From: Verrucomicrobiia bacterium
GTDB lineage: Bacteria; Verrucomicrobiota; Verrucomicrobiia; Limisphaerales; UBA1319
NCBI GenBank assembly: GCA_963664225.1
Contig: OY760937.1
Coordinates: 5,280,001 to 5,344,000 of the forward strand
Reading direction: 5' to 3'
Length of the DNA stretch: 64,000 nucleotides
The position numbers and the translations under genes were made by a program. The notes below the pieces were generated by a model. The model saw only the letters and a list, made by a program, of their open reading frames with translations. It ran no database searches and was not told the origin of the DNA. Shown here one piece after another: positions 39,023 to 50,710 of the stretch (within the stretch, counting starts at the first letter, position 1; each line of letters opens with the position of its first letter).

Positions 39023-40327
39023 ATGAAAATCCACCACTCACACCGCATGTTACGCATCGGTCTATTCACCGCGGCATTGGTAGCCCTGGGCACAACGGTT
39101 CGATCTGCCGACACCGCCACCCTCAAGGACGCCTACAAGGACCATTTCCTTGTCGGCGTCGCCATCAACCGCACCATTGCGACTGGTACCTCCGTCCGGG
39201 CTGACAACGTCAGACGGAATATGGAACAAGTGAATAAGGACATCGCCCTGGTCAAGGAACAGTTCAATCAGATTGTTCCTGAGAACGACCTCAAGTGGGC
39301 GCTCATCCACCCCAGGGAAGGTGCCGATGGTTATAATTTCGAACCGGCCGACGCCTTTGTGAACTTTGGCATGAGCAATAACATGTACCTTGTGGGACAC
39401 ACCCTGGTCTGGCACTCACAGACACCCAATTGGGTCTTTCAAGGTGCGAATTTGCCGCCCGGTGTGACCAACGCTGCGTCATTGACACCTGCCGCCACCA
39501 CGAATGCAGCCGGGACAAACGCGTCCCGTATGGGTGGACCTGGTCGTGGCCCCGGCGGCGCCTTCGGCCGCGGCGGTTTCACTGGACCTCGGGCATCGCG
39601 CGAGGAATTGCTCCAGCGGATGCACGATCATATTCAGACAGTGGTGGGCCGCTACAAGGGCAAGATCAAGATTTGGGACGTCGTAAACGAGGCAATTTCC
39701 GACGGCGGCACCAACGTTCTGCGCACCTCCCTCTGGTCGGAAATCATCGGGCCGGACTTTATCGCCAAGGCCTTTGAATACGCCCATGAAGCCGACCCCG
39801 ACGCGATCCTGCGCTACAACGATTATTCATTGGAGAACCCGGCGAAACGCCGCAAACTCATCACCTTGATCAAGTCACTCCAGGAGCAGCACGTCCCGGT
39901 CATGGCCATCGGTTCGCAAACTCACGTCAGCGTTTCATCCCCGAGTTTCGAGGAGGAAGACAAGGCGCTGACGGAAATGGAGACGCTCGGCCTTCCCATT
40001 CACATCACAGAACTCGATGTCAACAGCGCTCAAGGCGGCCAGCGCAGCACCAGCGGCGATGTTGCTGCCAACGCCACTACCACACAGGGAGGCCTGGTCG
40101 ATGATGCCAACCGGAAACTGGCCACCGCCTACGAAGGCCTTTTCAAAGCCTTCCTGAAGCACGAAAAGTCCGTGAAAGTGGTCACATTCTGGGGCGTCAA
40201 TGACGGTGTCTCATGGCGCGCCAACGGCAAGCCACTTTTGTTCGACGCTAACAACCAGCCCAAGCCTGCTTTTGACGCCGTGATCCGTGCCGCATCACAG
40301 CCGGAGGCGAAAAACTCAATTCAGTAA
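39023..40327 (+). CDS. GH10 endo-1,4-beta-xylanase with low-complexity insertion
   Basis: 'ENDLKW', 'GHTLVWHSQTP', acid/base 'WDVVNEA', 'YNDY', nucleophile 'ITELD', 'VTFWG'. Confidence 0.95.
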   Translation: MKIHHSHRMLRIGLFTAALVALGTTVRSADTATLKDAYKDHFLVGVAINRTIATGTSVRADNVRRNMEQVNKDIALVKEQFNQIVPENDLKWALIHPREGADGYNFEPADAFVNFGMSNNMYLVGHTLVWHSQTPNWVFQGANLPPGVTNAASLTPAATTNAAGTNASRMGGPGRGPGGAFGRGGFTGPRASREELLQRMHDHIQTVVGRYKGKIKIWDVVNEAISDGGTNVLRTSLWSEIIGPDFIAKAFEYAHEADPDAILRYNDYSLENPAKRRKLITLIKSLQEQHVPVMAIGSQTHVSVSSPSFEEEDKALTEMETLGLPIHITELDVNSAQGGQRSTSGDVAANATTTQGGLVDDANRKLATAYEGLFKAFLKHEKSVKVVTFWGVNDGVSWRANGKPLLFDANNQPKPAFDAVIRAASQPEAKNSIQ

Positions 40328-40357
40328 TCAGTTCATACCACGTAAAAATCAGAATGA

Positions 40358-41599
<1,242 letters not shown>

Positions 41600-41623
41600 T
41601 CCTCTCTCGTTATGTAAAAAGCA

Positions 41624-41650
41624 CCGGCCCGGGTCATTCGCCTGGGCCGG
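41624..41650 (+). other. GC-rich intergenic stem-loop
   Basis: CCGGCCCGGG / CCTGGGCCGG, with outer AAAAGC/GCTTTT complementarity. Confidence 0.5.
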
Positions 41651-41675
41651 AATACTAGCCGCTTTTGTATCTCTG

Positions 41676-42536
41676 ATGACTATGACCTTGAAACAAGCAT
41701 CCTTGTTTTTGGCCGGATTATTGTTGTCGGGCGTGTCCACGTTCTCCCAGGACACAAACTTTTTCATTTTCCTCTGCTTTGGGCAGTCCAATATGGAGGG
41801 GTATCCGGGTATCGAGGAACAGGACAAGGCGCCGGTGGATGGCCGATTCCAGGTCCTGGCGGCGGTTGATTTTCAGAATCCGGGTAGGACCAAGGGTAAA
41901 TGGTATCCCGCCGTTCCTCCTTTGTGCCGGGCAAATACGGGGCTTTGTCCCGCGGATTATTTTGGCAGGACCATGGTTTTCAACCTCCCGGTGAACATTA
42001 AGGTGGGCGTTGTTAATGTATCTGTCGCTGGCTGCAAGATTGAACTGTTCGAGAAAGATACCTTTCACACCTACGCAGCCACGGCTCCATCGTGGATGAC
42101 GAACATCATCAACAATTATAGTGGGAATCCCTATGCGCATCTTGTGGAGACGGCAAAGCTGGCTCAGAAGGACGGCGTCATCAAGGGCATCCTCCTGCAT
42201 CAGGGTGAATCGAACACGAATGACAAGGAATGGCCAAACAAGGTCAAAGGTATTTACGACAATCTGATCAAAGACCTGAACCTCAAAGCCGACGAGGTTC
42301 CGCTTCTGGCGGGCGAACTCGTCAACGCGGATCAGAAAGGCGCTTGCGCGGGCATGAATGCAATCATCGCAACCCTGCCGCAAACCATTACCAATTCTTA
42401 CGTGATTTCCTCGAAAGGTTGCGCTGGCCGCTCAGACCATCTACATTTCGCCCCGGCGGGTTACAGAGAGTTGGGAAAGCGCTACGGGGAGAAAATGCTT
42501 TCAGTGCTGGGCTATAAAGTCGCCGAGCCCAAATGA
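41676..42536 (+). CDS. CE6 (SASA) acetyl xylan esterase
   Basis: 'FGQSNMEG', 'LHQGESN', 'DHLHF'. Confidence 0.9.
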   Translation: MTMTLKQASLFLAGLLLSGVSTFSQDTNFFIFLCFGQSNMEGYPGIEEQDKAPVDGRFQVLAAVDFQNPGRTKGKWYPAVPPLCRANTGLCPADYFGRTMVFNLPVNIKVGVVNVSVAGCKIELFEKDTFHTYAATAPSWMTNIINNYSGNPYAHLVETAKLAQKDGVIKGILLHQGESNTNDKEWPNKVKGIYDNLIKDLNLKADEVPLLAGELVNADQKGACAGMNAIIATLPQTITNSYVISSKGCAGRSDHLHFAPAGYRELGKRYGEKMLSVLGYKVAEPK

Positions 42537-42574
42537 CCTCGCGCTCCAATGCAGTTTGGAAAGGTAATATTCTT

Positions 42575-44137
42575 ATGATCCACAAATCTTTTCTGGGTGC
42601 GGTGTGCGCGATGTTTGCCGCGGGGATTGCCATCGCGCAGCAGCCAGACCCTGTCAGGACGGAGTATGGTTTGGTTCAGGGAGTGTCTGAAGATGGGCTG
42701 ACGGTTTACAGAGGCATTGCGTTCGCCGCGCCACCCATCGGCGATCTCCGCTGGCGCGCTCCTCAACCCGCCACTAAATGGGACGGCGTCCGGCAAACCA
42801 CCAACTTCGCTCCCGGCCCCATTCAAGGAGGGCGACCGCCCTCAGGCATAAGCGAAGATTGCTTGTATCTGAACGTTTGGACACCTGCGAAATCCGCAGG
42901 CGATCGCATTCCTGTCCTCGTCTGGATCTACGGCGGCGGATTCGCCGGGGGCGCCACATCTGAACCCTCGTATAGTGGCGAGAAACTGGCCAGGAAAGGC
43001 GTGGTGCTGGTCAGTATCGCTTACCGCGTCGGACAATTGGGATTTCTGGCGCACCCGGAGTTGAGCGCTGAAACCACGAATCACACTTCCGGGAATTACG
43101 GTCTGCTGGACATGATCGCCGGTCTTCGATGGGTGCGGAACAACATTGCCGCTTTCGGCGGGGACCCGAACAAGGTGACGATTTTCGGGGAATCCGCAGG
43201 GGGGATCGCGGTCAGCATGCTGTCGGCATCGCCCCTGGCCAAAGGGCTGTTCCATGGCGCGATTTCCCAAAGCGGCGGCTCGTTCGGGCCTCCACGTCCA
43301 ACCACCTTTCCGGGCGAGAATTTAAAACGCCTGGCTGATGCGGAACGCTCCGGGGAAGCTTACGCCAGGAACGCAGGGGTCTCGTCCATTGCGGAACTGC
43401 GCAAGATCTCTACCGACAAACTTCCGGGCGGTCGCGGCATGGGCATGTCATGGCCAATTGTCGATGGATGGGTGATCCCCGACGATCAATATAAGCTCTA
43501 CGAAGCGCGCCAATTCAACGACACCCCAATTCTTGTGGGCTATAATTCAGACGAGGGCGCGAGCTTCTCGCCACCAAAGTCGCCTGAGGATTACATCGCC
43601 AGTGTCAATAAGCGTTATGGCCGGTTCGCAGAGAGTCTTTTGAAGGCTTATCCGGTCGAGTCCAATGCCGTTCCCAAAACCGCGCGCGATTTGACCCGCG
43701 ACGCGGCCTTCGGCTGGCACACATGGAGTTGGGCGCGGCTTCAGGCCAGGGCCAATAAATCCAGGGTGTTCTATTACTATTTCGACCAACATCCCGAATA
43801 CCCGGAGGGCTCTCCCAAAGCTGGCTACGGATCACCACACGGCATGGATGTCTCCTACGTCTTCCAGCATCTTAATCCATCCAATACGCAAACTACCAGG
43901 ACCGACCTGGAGATTTCGGACGCCATGTCCACCTACTGGGTGAACTTTGCAAAGCACGGCGATCCCAACGGCGAAGGCGTGCCTGCATGGCCCGCGTTCA
44001 GCGAAGCCAATCCTGTGGTGATGTATTTCAGCCAGACGCCGCACACGGGCCCAGTCCCCAGCGCCGGAGCGCTCAAGAGTTTGGATGCTTACTTCGCGTG
44101 GCGGCGTACGCCGGAAGGAGAGTCCTGGGCAAAATAA
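42575..44137 (+). CDS. Type-B carboxylesterase (pNB/feruloyl esterase-like)
   Basis: 'SEDCLYLNVW', 'WIYGGGF', 'GGDPNKVTIFGESAGG'. Start set at MIHKSF after GAAAGG. Confidence 0.92.
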   Translation: MIHKSFLGAVCAMFAAGIAIAQQPDPVRTEYGLVQGVSEDGLTVYRGIAFAAPPIGDLRWRAPQPATKWDGVRQTTNFAPGPIQGGRPPSGISEDCLYLNVWTPAKSAGDRIPVLVWIYGGGFAGGATSEPSYSGEKLARKGVVLVSIAYRVGQLGFLAHPELSAETTNHTSGNYGLLDMIAGLRWVRNNIAAFGGDPNKVTIFGESAGGIAVSMLSASPLAKGLFHGAISQSGGSFGPPRPTTFPGENLKRLADAERSGEAYARNAGVSSIAELRKISTDKLPGGRGMGMSWPIVDGWVIPDDQYKLYEARQFNDTPILVGYNSDEGASFSPPKSPEDYIASVNKRYGRFAESLLKAYPVESNAVPKTARDLTRDAAFGWHTWSWARLQARANKSRVFYYYFDQHPEYPEGSPKAGYGSPHGMDVSYVFQHLNPSNTQTTRTDLEISDAMSTYWVNFAKHGDPNGEGVPAWPAFSEANPVVMYFSQTPHTGPVPSAGALKSLDAYFAWRRTPEGESWAK

Positions 44138-44186
44138 AGCTTTTGCATATTATCATTCGCATATTTTACTTCAGAACCGTGAAAGG

Positions 44187-46649
44187 CTACGGGTTTCCGA
44201 GTGAACCCGCGTTTCGAGTTGAATCCGGTTTCATCAGCCGCACGTCATAGACGCCACCTCCCGTTGCACCGGGTTTGGCGGAGAACTTGATGCTCACGTG
44301 GCCATTGGTCGAATGGGAGAGAATCTTTTCCGGGAGAGCATAACGTTTTTCGAAATACCGATTCGGGTTGGAATGATCCACCGTCTCGGTCGCCAGCAAC
44401 TCTCCGTTGACGAAAATATCGTACGCGCGGCCCACATCTCCGCCCCAATAGGTCACAGCCAGTTCCACGCGCTTTTCGCCGCAAGTGTCGAGGCCATACT
44501 GGAACCACTCCCCACGCCGCCAGCGGCGTCCGTTGCGCAATCCGGAATCGCTCTTCTCTCCAACAAAATCGTGCTCCACTTCCGGCTGTTGCTCGCCAAC
44601 GGCAACCCGGTCCAATGTGTTTGCCTCACGCAGGGCTTTGGCGCGTTCCTCGGCGGCAATGCGTTCGCGCCGGGAGGCAATCTCCTCCTTCGTGGTCAGT
44701 TGCCAGTACATCTGGTAGCGCTGGCCATGCAAACGGAAGAAAGGAATGAGTGGCAGCCCTTCCGGCGCGGAGGGTTCCACAACATCCGCAAGGCGGAAAT
44801 GCATGGGCCCGGCGGCGGTGTCCATTTTGATGTGTCCGGGAAGGTCGTCCGCACTGGAAAGCAGCACGGGAACGCGATCCACCGGAACCAGGGGGCCGGA
44901 GGCAACGTGGCCCATGCGGCTGTCATTGGCGAACAGGCCGGACAGATTGTTCGTGCCCGCAGGCCAGGCGAGCACAATTGGGCCGCGCAGAATGGCCACC
45001 CAATCGGACCCGTCGGGTAATCGTTCAAACGTGGTGCGCATTGGCAGTTCCACTTCCACGCGATCTCCGTCCCTCCATTCGCGGCGCAACTCAGCGTATG
45101 ATGAAGGCGTCGAAGAAACTGTGACAGATTTGCCATTGACTCGCACGGCGAATTGGCCTGCCGCCACCCAACCGGGGTGACGCAAATAGAGCGTAAACTT
45201 TGCGGACTTTTTCAGTTTCAGCGTTAGCTTGGTTCTCGGTTCATCAGGAAAAGTGGTTTTCTGGTGGAGCATCAGACCGAGGTTGCTCGCTTTGAGTTCC
45301 GAAGCGATGAAGAGATTGACGTAGATGCCGTTTGTGGCCTGTGCGTAAATGAACTCGCCATACTTGCCAGGATTTTCCATGCCAGTGCCCACACAGCACC
45401 AGAATCCCTTGCTCGGCTGCGAATACACACGGTAATGCTCAGGGCGGATCGGCGTGAAATACACGTAACCCGGCGTTACGGGATTGATGGACGCGAGAAT
45501 GTGATTGTAGAGCGCGCGCTCGTAGTAATCGGCATACGCGGCCCTGGGCTGACTCGCAAACAACTCCCCGGTCAGCCGGAGCATGTTGTAAGTGTTGCAC
45601 GTCTCCGGACCTTCCCGGCTCTCCAGCATGGCGCTGAAATTCTTCGGGTCATTGAAGTGTTCTGAAACGCTGTTGCCCCCAAAGGCTACCGTGCGCGCGC
45701 CAGTGACATTCTCCCAAAAGTAGCGCGCGCCCGAATCGGCATCCTTGTCACCGGTAAGCGTCGCGATGCGTTCCAGGCCCACGACCTTGGGAATTTGCGT
45801 GTTGGCATGCTTGCCGGTCAGTTGATCCTCGTGGCGAACCAACGGATCCAAAACGGCTTTGTGGCAGAATCGCTGTGCCAGGCGCAGATACTTCTCGTCC
45901 CGTGTGATCGCATAAATGTCCGCCAGCACCTCGTTCATGCCGCCATGCTCCTGGCCGAGCATCCGTTGCATTTGGTCGTCGGAAAGCCCAGAGGTGATTT
46001 TCTCGCACCAATCGCCGCAGCGAACCAGGATGTTGCGGGCTTGCACGTTGCCGACATACCAGTACGCATCCCGCAGACCTGCGAAGGTCTTGTGCAGGTT
46101 ATACCACGGCACCCATTTGCGATTTACAGCATCCACCTGGCCTTCGGCAACGGCTTTCCAAAGCACCCTGCTTCCCGGGACGCCACCCAGATACCCATCG
46201 CTCGAAGCTTTCTGGCAACGGTCCATCTCTGCGATCATGTAATCCAGTCGCCGCCGCAATTCTCCCCCGGGCGTGTCAGAGCCAGACGCCACCATGGATG
46301 CCAGCGCCGAGAGGTAATGGCCCGCGGTGTGCCCGTCAAGCCCGCTGCTTTCCCAGTTTCCGTAAACCTTCGCCTTTGGCTCCAGACCGGCTTCACGCAG
46401 GTACGGTGCGAGCAGGCGATCCGGTTCCACCGCCAACAAATAGGCGCGGTTGGCTTTCACCGCATCAGCAAACGGACCGTCCAGCAAACGTACCGCGGTC
46501 AACGGTGGCATCACGGCCGGAGTTGCAATGGCGGGTAGCTCGTCCGCTTGAATCGGGAGCCTCAGACACCCCACTATCAGGGCGGAAATCGCCAAGGTGG
46601 CGGTCTTTTTTGAAAGTACGCCGATGGAAGGGAAGTGGATTCTCATCAT
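44187..46649 (-). CDS. GH146 (GH127-related) beta-L-arabinofuranosidase
   Basis: 'GHTAGHYLSA', 'EHGGMNE', 'HANTQIPK', 'ETCNTYNML', 'YERALYNHIL', 'WCCVGTG'. Confidence 0.88.
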   Translation of the reverse strand: MMRIHFPSIGVLSKKTATLAISALIVGCLRLPIQADELPAIATPAVMPPLTAVRLLDGPFADAVKANRAYLLAVEPDRLLAPYLREAGLEPKAKVYGNWESSGLDGHTAGHYLSALASMVASGSDTPGGELRRRLDYMIAEMDRCQKASSDGYLGGVPGSRVLWKAVAEGQVDAVNRKWVPWYNLHKTFAGLRDAYWYVGNVQARNILVRCGDWCEKITSGLSDDQMQRMLGQEHGGMNEVLADIYAITRDEKYLRLAQRFCHKAVLDPLVRHEDQLTGKHANTQIPKVVGLERIATLTGDKDADSGARYFWENVTGARTVAFGGNSVSEHFNDPKNFSAMLESREGPETCNTYNMLRLTGELFASQPRAAYADYYERALYNHILASINPVTPGYVYFTPIRPEHYRVYSQPSKGFWCCVGTGMENPGKYGEFIYAQATNGIYVNLFIASELKASNLGLMLHQKTTFPDEPRTKLTLKLKKSAKFTLYLRHPGWVAAGQFAVRVNGKSVTVSSTPSSYAELRREWRDGDRVEVELPMRTTFERLPDGSDWVAILRGPIVLAWPAGTNNLSGLFANDSRMGHVASGPLVPVDRVPVLLSSADDLPGHIKMDTAAGPMHFRLADVVEPSAPEGLPLIPFFRLHGQRYQMYWQLTTKEEIASRRERIAAEERAKALREANTLDRVAVGEQQPEVEHDFVGEKSDSGLRNGRRWRRGEWFQYGLDTCGEKRVELAVTYWGGDVGRAYDIFVNGELLATETVDHSNPNRYFEKRYALPEKILSHSTNGHVSIKFSAKPGATGGGVYDVRLMKPDSTRNAGSLGNP

Positions 46650-46730
46650 TCGAGGTTTCTCGCGGTCTGAATAAGGGCAGGCATAATCTGTTCGGGCACC
46701 TGCAATGGATCAGGTGTTTGAATTGAAAAG

Positions 46731-46759
46731 GGTCCCCGGACTTCAGAATTCCGGGGACC
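46731..46759 (-). terminator. Putative intrinsic terminator/attenuator between GH51 and GH146
   Basis: GGTCCCCGGA / TCCGGGGACC 10-bp stem followed on the minus strand by CTTTT; second hairpin at 46691-46722. Confidence 0.55.
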
Positions 46760-46787
46760 ATGATGATCAGGTTGCCTCTGTATTCGG

Positions 46788-48872
46788 TTACCGTGTGTTG
46801 AGCTTGATGACGGTGAAGGAGAATTTCGGCAGCGTCCAGGCGAAGCGGGTGCCCAAGCCGCGGATTTTCTCGGCAACGGGAACCAGCTTGACCGGGTCTT
46901 TCAGCAAATTCGTATCGTCCACTTTGTCCGCGGAGAGCGTGATGACCTCGCCTTTGCCGGAAACGGACTTTACGCCGGTGACGTTCACGCAAACCTGTTG
47001 CGGCGCCTCGGCCACATTCACCACTTTTAGATAAATGGTGCCTTTGGAGTCGCGCGTGGCGCTGTAATAGATGCTGGACACTTTGCGAGTCGCCGCCGTG
47101 CCACCATTGCGACCCGCGCGGGTGGTCTGTTCAATGGTCGAAATGCCTTCAGCCTTCACCGGCACAATGACGGTGCCACAGTTTTGGGCGAACATGGTCT
47201 CGACGTAATACGACGGCGAACCGTAGCTGTTCAGCGCGTCGTAGCCGATCAGGTCGCTCTCCCATTGCATGGAGCGTCCATTGCCGGTGAGTTGGCTCAC
47301 GTTGACGAACAACGGAGCGAAGCATTCCATGATGACCAGGTCGGAATTGCGTTCCATACCACACATCCAGACGGCGTCGCCGAGCGCACCGGCCATATTG
47401 GGCGTGGGCGAACCAACACGCGTGGCCCATTCACCGCAGAAGACCTTGCTCTCATTTGTGGCGCGGCTGCGTTTGTCGTACTGGTTGAAGTTGACCTCCA
47501 TGTCCTGCTGATTGCGGTAGAAGTGTTCGTCCACGAGGTCGGGCAGGCGGCCCTTGACCCACACCTCTGGGCGTTGTTCATGTCCCATCGAGGAGATGAC
47601 CTTCAGATGTGGGTACCTGGCTTTGATGGCGTCATAGAACTGGACGAAACGGCCCTCATAACTGCCACTGCGATCAAACCAGTCTTCGTTTCCAACTTCT
47701 ACGTAGCGGAGCGGGAATGGCTTGGCATGGCCATCTTGCGCGCGGCGGCCCCCCCACTTCGTGGTCTTGGCGTCGCCCGTGAGGTATTCGATTTCTTCAA
47801 GGGCTTCCTGCACATAGGGCTCCAGTTTCGGGCCGGCTTCGATTTTGCCACCGTTGCCGAGGCAGTAACCTGCAAAGACGCCGAGCACGGGTTCCATGCC
47901 CAGGTCTTCGCACCACTCGGCGAACTCCAGAAGGCCCATGCCGTCGGTTGACCAATAGCCCCAGCAACTGGGATGGCCCGGACGTTGTTCAACGGGACCA
48001 ATGGTCTCTTTCCAGTTGAAACGCTGATTGAATGCGTTGCCCTCAAGATAGTTGCCGCCAGGGAACCGGAGGAACTTCGGCTTCATGTCCGCCATCAATT
48101 CCATGAGATCGACCCGATTGCCGTTGGCGCGGTTCTTGTAAGTGGGCGGGAAGAGCGAGACATTTTGCAGCCAGAGAGTGCCGGGGGTCTTGGTGGTGAG
48201 TTTGAATACATTCTCCTTCGAGGCAGTCACACGCTTTGTCGTCAGTTTTGTTTCAAACTTCTTCCATTCGGCGGTCAGACCCGTGATTGTCGCGCTCGCG
48301 TAATTGGTTGTGCCGTCCGCACTTTCAAGGCTCACAGTGACCGGGCCGGTATATCCGTTGGAGGCTTTCGCAAAAAATGACACCTGATAGGTCGTCTTCG
48401 GCTTCACGGGAATTCCCCAGAAACCGCCGTTCGCGATGCCAACGGGAGTGGTTGCTGATGCGGCGGAGGCATCAAGCTTCAGACTCACGTTCAGGAATTC
48501 GTTCAGAGGGTTGCTTGGGTCGAGCACGATCGAGGCTCCACCAACGGCAGTCCAGAACCGGGGCCTGGTGTCTGGCCGGTATGAAACCGGGAGGTATTTC
48601 CCGGCCTCGTACGTTTCGGGTTTGACGCTTGGGACCACAGCATCCGCCTTGAACGAGCGATTGCGAATCAGTTCGCCGTAGAGGCCGCCTTCGTACGCGT
48701 AATTGATTTCCTCGGTCATCAGCCCGAAAAGAATCGGGCTGACCTGGTTGGTCGCCTGGTCGGCTTGAATTTCCAGCGTCGGCATCGCCTCGGCAGCCGA
48801 AAGTCGGCCTCCGGAGGCCGTTGCCAACCCGACCAGGGCGGCCAGTAAAATGTATTTATGGGACAATTTCAT
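46788..48872 (-). CDS. GH51 alpha-L-arabinofuranosidase (second subtype, with CBM-like N-terminal domain)
   Basis: 'FGLMTEEINYAYEGGLYGELIRNRSF', 'LRFPGGN', 'VEVGNED', 'FCGEW', 'MERNSDLV'. Confidence 0.92.
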   Translation of the reverse strand: MKLSHKYILLAALVGLATASGGRLSAAEAMPTLEIQADQATNQVSPILFGLMTEEINYAYEGGLYGELIRNRSFKADAVVPSVKPETYEAGKYLPVSYRPDTRPRFWTAVGGASIVLDPSNPLNEFLNVSLKLDASAASATTPVGIANGGFWGIPVKPKTTYQVSFFAKASNGYTGPVTVSLESADGTTNYASATITGLTAEWKKFETKLTTKRVTASKENVFKLTTKTPGTLWLQNVSLFPPTYKNRANGNRVDLMELMADMKPKFLRFPGGNYLEGNAFNQRFNWKETIGPVEQRPGHPSCWGYWSTDGMGLLEFAEWCEDLGMEPVLGVFAGYCLGNGGKIEAGPKLEPYVQEALEEIEYLTGDAKTTKWGGRRAQDGHAKPFPLRYVEVGNEDWFDRSGSYEGRFVQFYDAIKARYPHLKVISSMGHEQRPEVWVKGRLPDLVDEHFYRNQQDMEVNFNQYDKRSRATNESKVFCGEWATRVGSPTPNMAGALGDAVWMCGMERNSDLVIMECFAPLFVNVSQLTGNGRSMQWESDLIGYDALNSYGSPSYYVETMFAQNCGTVIVPVKAEGISTIEQTTRAGRNGGTAATRKVSSIYYSATRDSKGTIYLKVVNVAEAPQQVCVNVTGVKSVSGKGEVITLSADKVDDTNLLKDPVKLVPVAEKIRGLGTRFAWTLPKFSFTVIKLNTR

Positions 48873-48957
48873 GATGTGTGAATTTCGAATGCATTTACGT
48901 CTGGAATCATCTTCAGGTTTCAGACCGAGAGACTATGAATTTCCCGCCAGAATGGAA

Positions 48958-48975
48958 ATGAGTAAACATACTTAT
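48958..48975. promoter_or_regulatory. Palindromic operator box 3 (ATGAGTA-AACA-TACTTAT)
   Basis: Same 7-4-7 motif, preceded by GAA as in boxes 1 and 2; in the divergent GH51/GH27 intergenic region. Confidence 0.65.
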
Positions 48976-49068
48976 TGTGATTCGGCGCCAAAGAATCGCA
49001 TTCGCCGCCGCCGCGCCCTCAATGGTCCGGGTATTGCGTATCGCAAGGGGGGGGCAACGGCAATTTCC

Positions 49069-49086
49069 ATGAGCATTTCTACCTAT
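49069..49086. promoter_or_regulatory. Palindromic operator box 4 (ATGAGCA-TTTC-TACCTAT)
   Basis: Same 7-4-7 motif in the same divergent region. Confidence 0.6.
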
Positions 49087-49246
49087 TCACGTATGAAACT
49101 TTGCCGGTCATAGTCTGGGCGACGACAGACACTCCATGAACAACACGGAATCATTTATCGCGCATTCCTTCACAGGAACCTTGCCGAAACACCTCTCTTT
49201 GCGTTAAATCCAGGCACCAAAACCAACGCGAGCGCCGCGTCCAAAC

Positions 49247-50683
49247 ATGAAACAGATCATCACAAAAATCCTAAATGTCGTCGTCATGGCAACGCTGGTG
49301 GGAACTGCGGGCGCGGCCACAGCCGACACAAACTTCTGGAGCTGGGCAAAGAAACCACCGATGGGATGGAACTCGTGGGACTGTTTCGGTGCCGGGGTCT
49401 GGGAGTCGAACGTGACGGCAAACGCAGATTACATGGCGCAGTTTCTCAAGCCCCATGGCTGGGACATCGTCACGGTTGACATCCAATGGTATGAACCTCT
49501 CGCTCATACCACCGAGTATCGCCGTGGTGCCGTGCTGGAGATGGATGCAAACGGCCGATTGCTTCCGGCCCCGAACCGGTTCCCGATGACGGCCGCGACC
49601 CGCTCTTTCAAACCGCTTGCGGACTATTTGCACGCCAGGGGCTTGAGATTCGGCCTGCACCTGATGCGCGGCATTCCGCGCCAGGCCGTGAATCGCGATA
49701 ATTCGCCAATTCTCGGAACGCCCTATAAAGCCGCCGACATCGCAAAGACGAATTCCACCTGCCCATGGAACTCCGACATGTATGGCGTGGACATGACCAA
49801 ACCTGGCGCGCAGGAGTACTATGATTCGGTCTTCGCCTTGCTGGCATCGTGGGATCTGGACTACGTGAAAGTGGACGACCTCTCCTCGCCTTACCACCGG
49901 GACGAAATCGAAGCCATTCGTAAGGCCATCGACCGTTCTGGCAGGCCGATTTTGCTTTCGACTTCGCCGGGCGCAACGCCCGTCAGCCAGGGCGAACATG
50001 TCCAGACCCATGCCAACTTGTGGCGGATCAGCGACGATTTCTGGGACAGTTGGCCCGCGCTGCACGAGCAGTTTGCGCGGTTGAACAGTTGGACGCCCTT
50101 TCGCGGTCCCGGGCATTGGCCGGACGCGGACATGCTCCCCCTTGGCAACGTCCGGGCGTGGCAGACTCGGGACAACTGGACGCACTTTACCAGGGACGAG
50201 CAGTTCACACTGATGACCCTGTGGTGCATTGCCCGTTCTCCGTTGATCGTCGGTGGCAACCTGCCGAAAAACGATGCGTTCACCCTCGCGCTTCTCACCA
50301 ATGATGAGGTGCTCGCGGTCAATCAGAATTCCACAAATAACCGGCAACTCTTCAATACCAATAATCAAGTCGCCTGGATTGCGGATATGCCGGGATCGAA
50401 AGACAAATACGTGGCGATCTTCAACGTCTCGCCTGCACCCGTTCGCGGTCGGCGCGGTGGAGGGTCCGGCACAAACTCAGTTTCGGCCGCAACAAACGCA
50501 CCTGCCGCTGATGCCAGCCAACCCGTCGCCATCTCGGTTTCCCTGGCTGAGATTGGCGTCACGGGACCGGCCAGGGTCCGTGATCTTTGGAACCACAAAG
50601 ACCTCGGTGATGTCGATGGCAAACTCACTCAGACCATCAACTCGCATGGTGCGGGCCTTTACCGGGTGCAGGCTCGGAACTAA
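49247..50683 (+). CDS. GH27 alpha-galactosidase/beta-L-arabinopyranosidase
   Basis: 'PPMGWNSW', 'VDIQW', nucleophile 'DYVKVD', 'WRISDD', 'WPDADML'. Confidence 0.92.
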   Translation: MKQIITKILNVVVMATLVGTAGAATADTNFWSWAKKPPMGWNSWDCFGAGVWESNVTANADYMAQFLKPHGWDIVTVDIQWYEPLAHTTEYRRGAVLEMDANGRLLPAPNRFPMTAATRSFKPLADYLHARGLRFGLHLMRGIPRQAVNRDNSPILGTPYKAADIAKTNSTCPWNSDMYGVDMTKPGAQEYYDSVFALLASWDLDYVKVDDLSSPYHRDEIEAIRKAIDRSGRPILLSTSPGATPVSQGEHVQTHANLWRISDDFWDSWPALHEQFARLNSWTPFRGPGHWPDADMLPLGNVRAWQTRDNWTHFTRDEQFTLMTLWCIARSPLIVGGNLPKNDAFTLALLTNDEVLAVNQNSTNNRQLFNTNNQVAWIADMPGSKDKYVAIFNVSPAPVRGRRGGGSGTNSVSAATNAPAADASQPVAISVSLAEIGVTGPARVRDLWNHKDLGDVDGKLTQTINSHGAGLYRVQARN

Positions 50684-50691
50684 CGGACCGC

Positions 50692-50705
50692 TTGCCTTCG
50701 GGCAA
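50692..50705. terminator. C(UUCG)G hairpin between convergent genes
   Basis: TTGCC-TTCG-GGCAA between the stops at 50683 and 50711; no clear U tract. Confidence 0.4.
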
Positions 50706-50710
50706 ACGCA

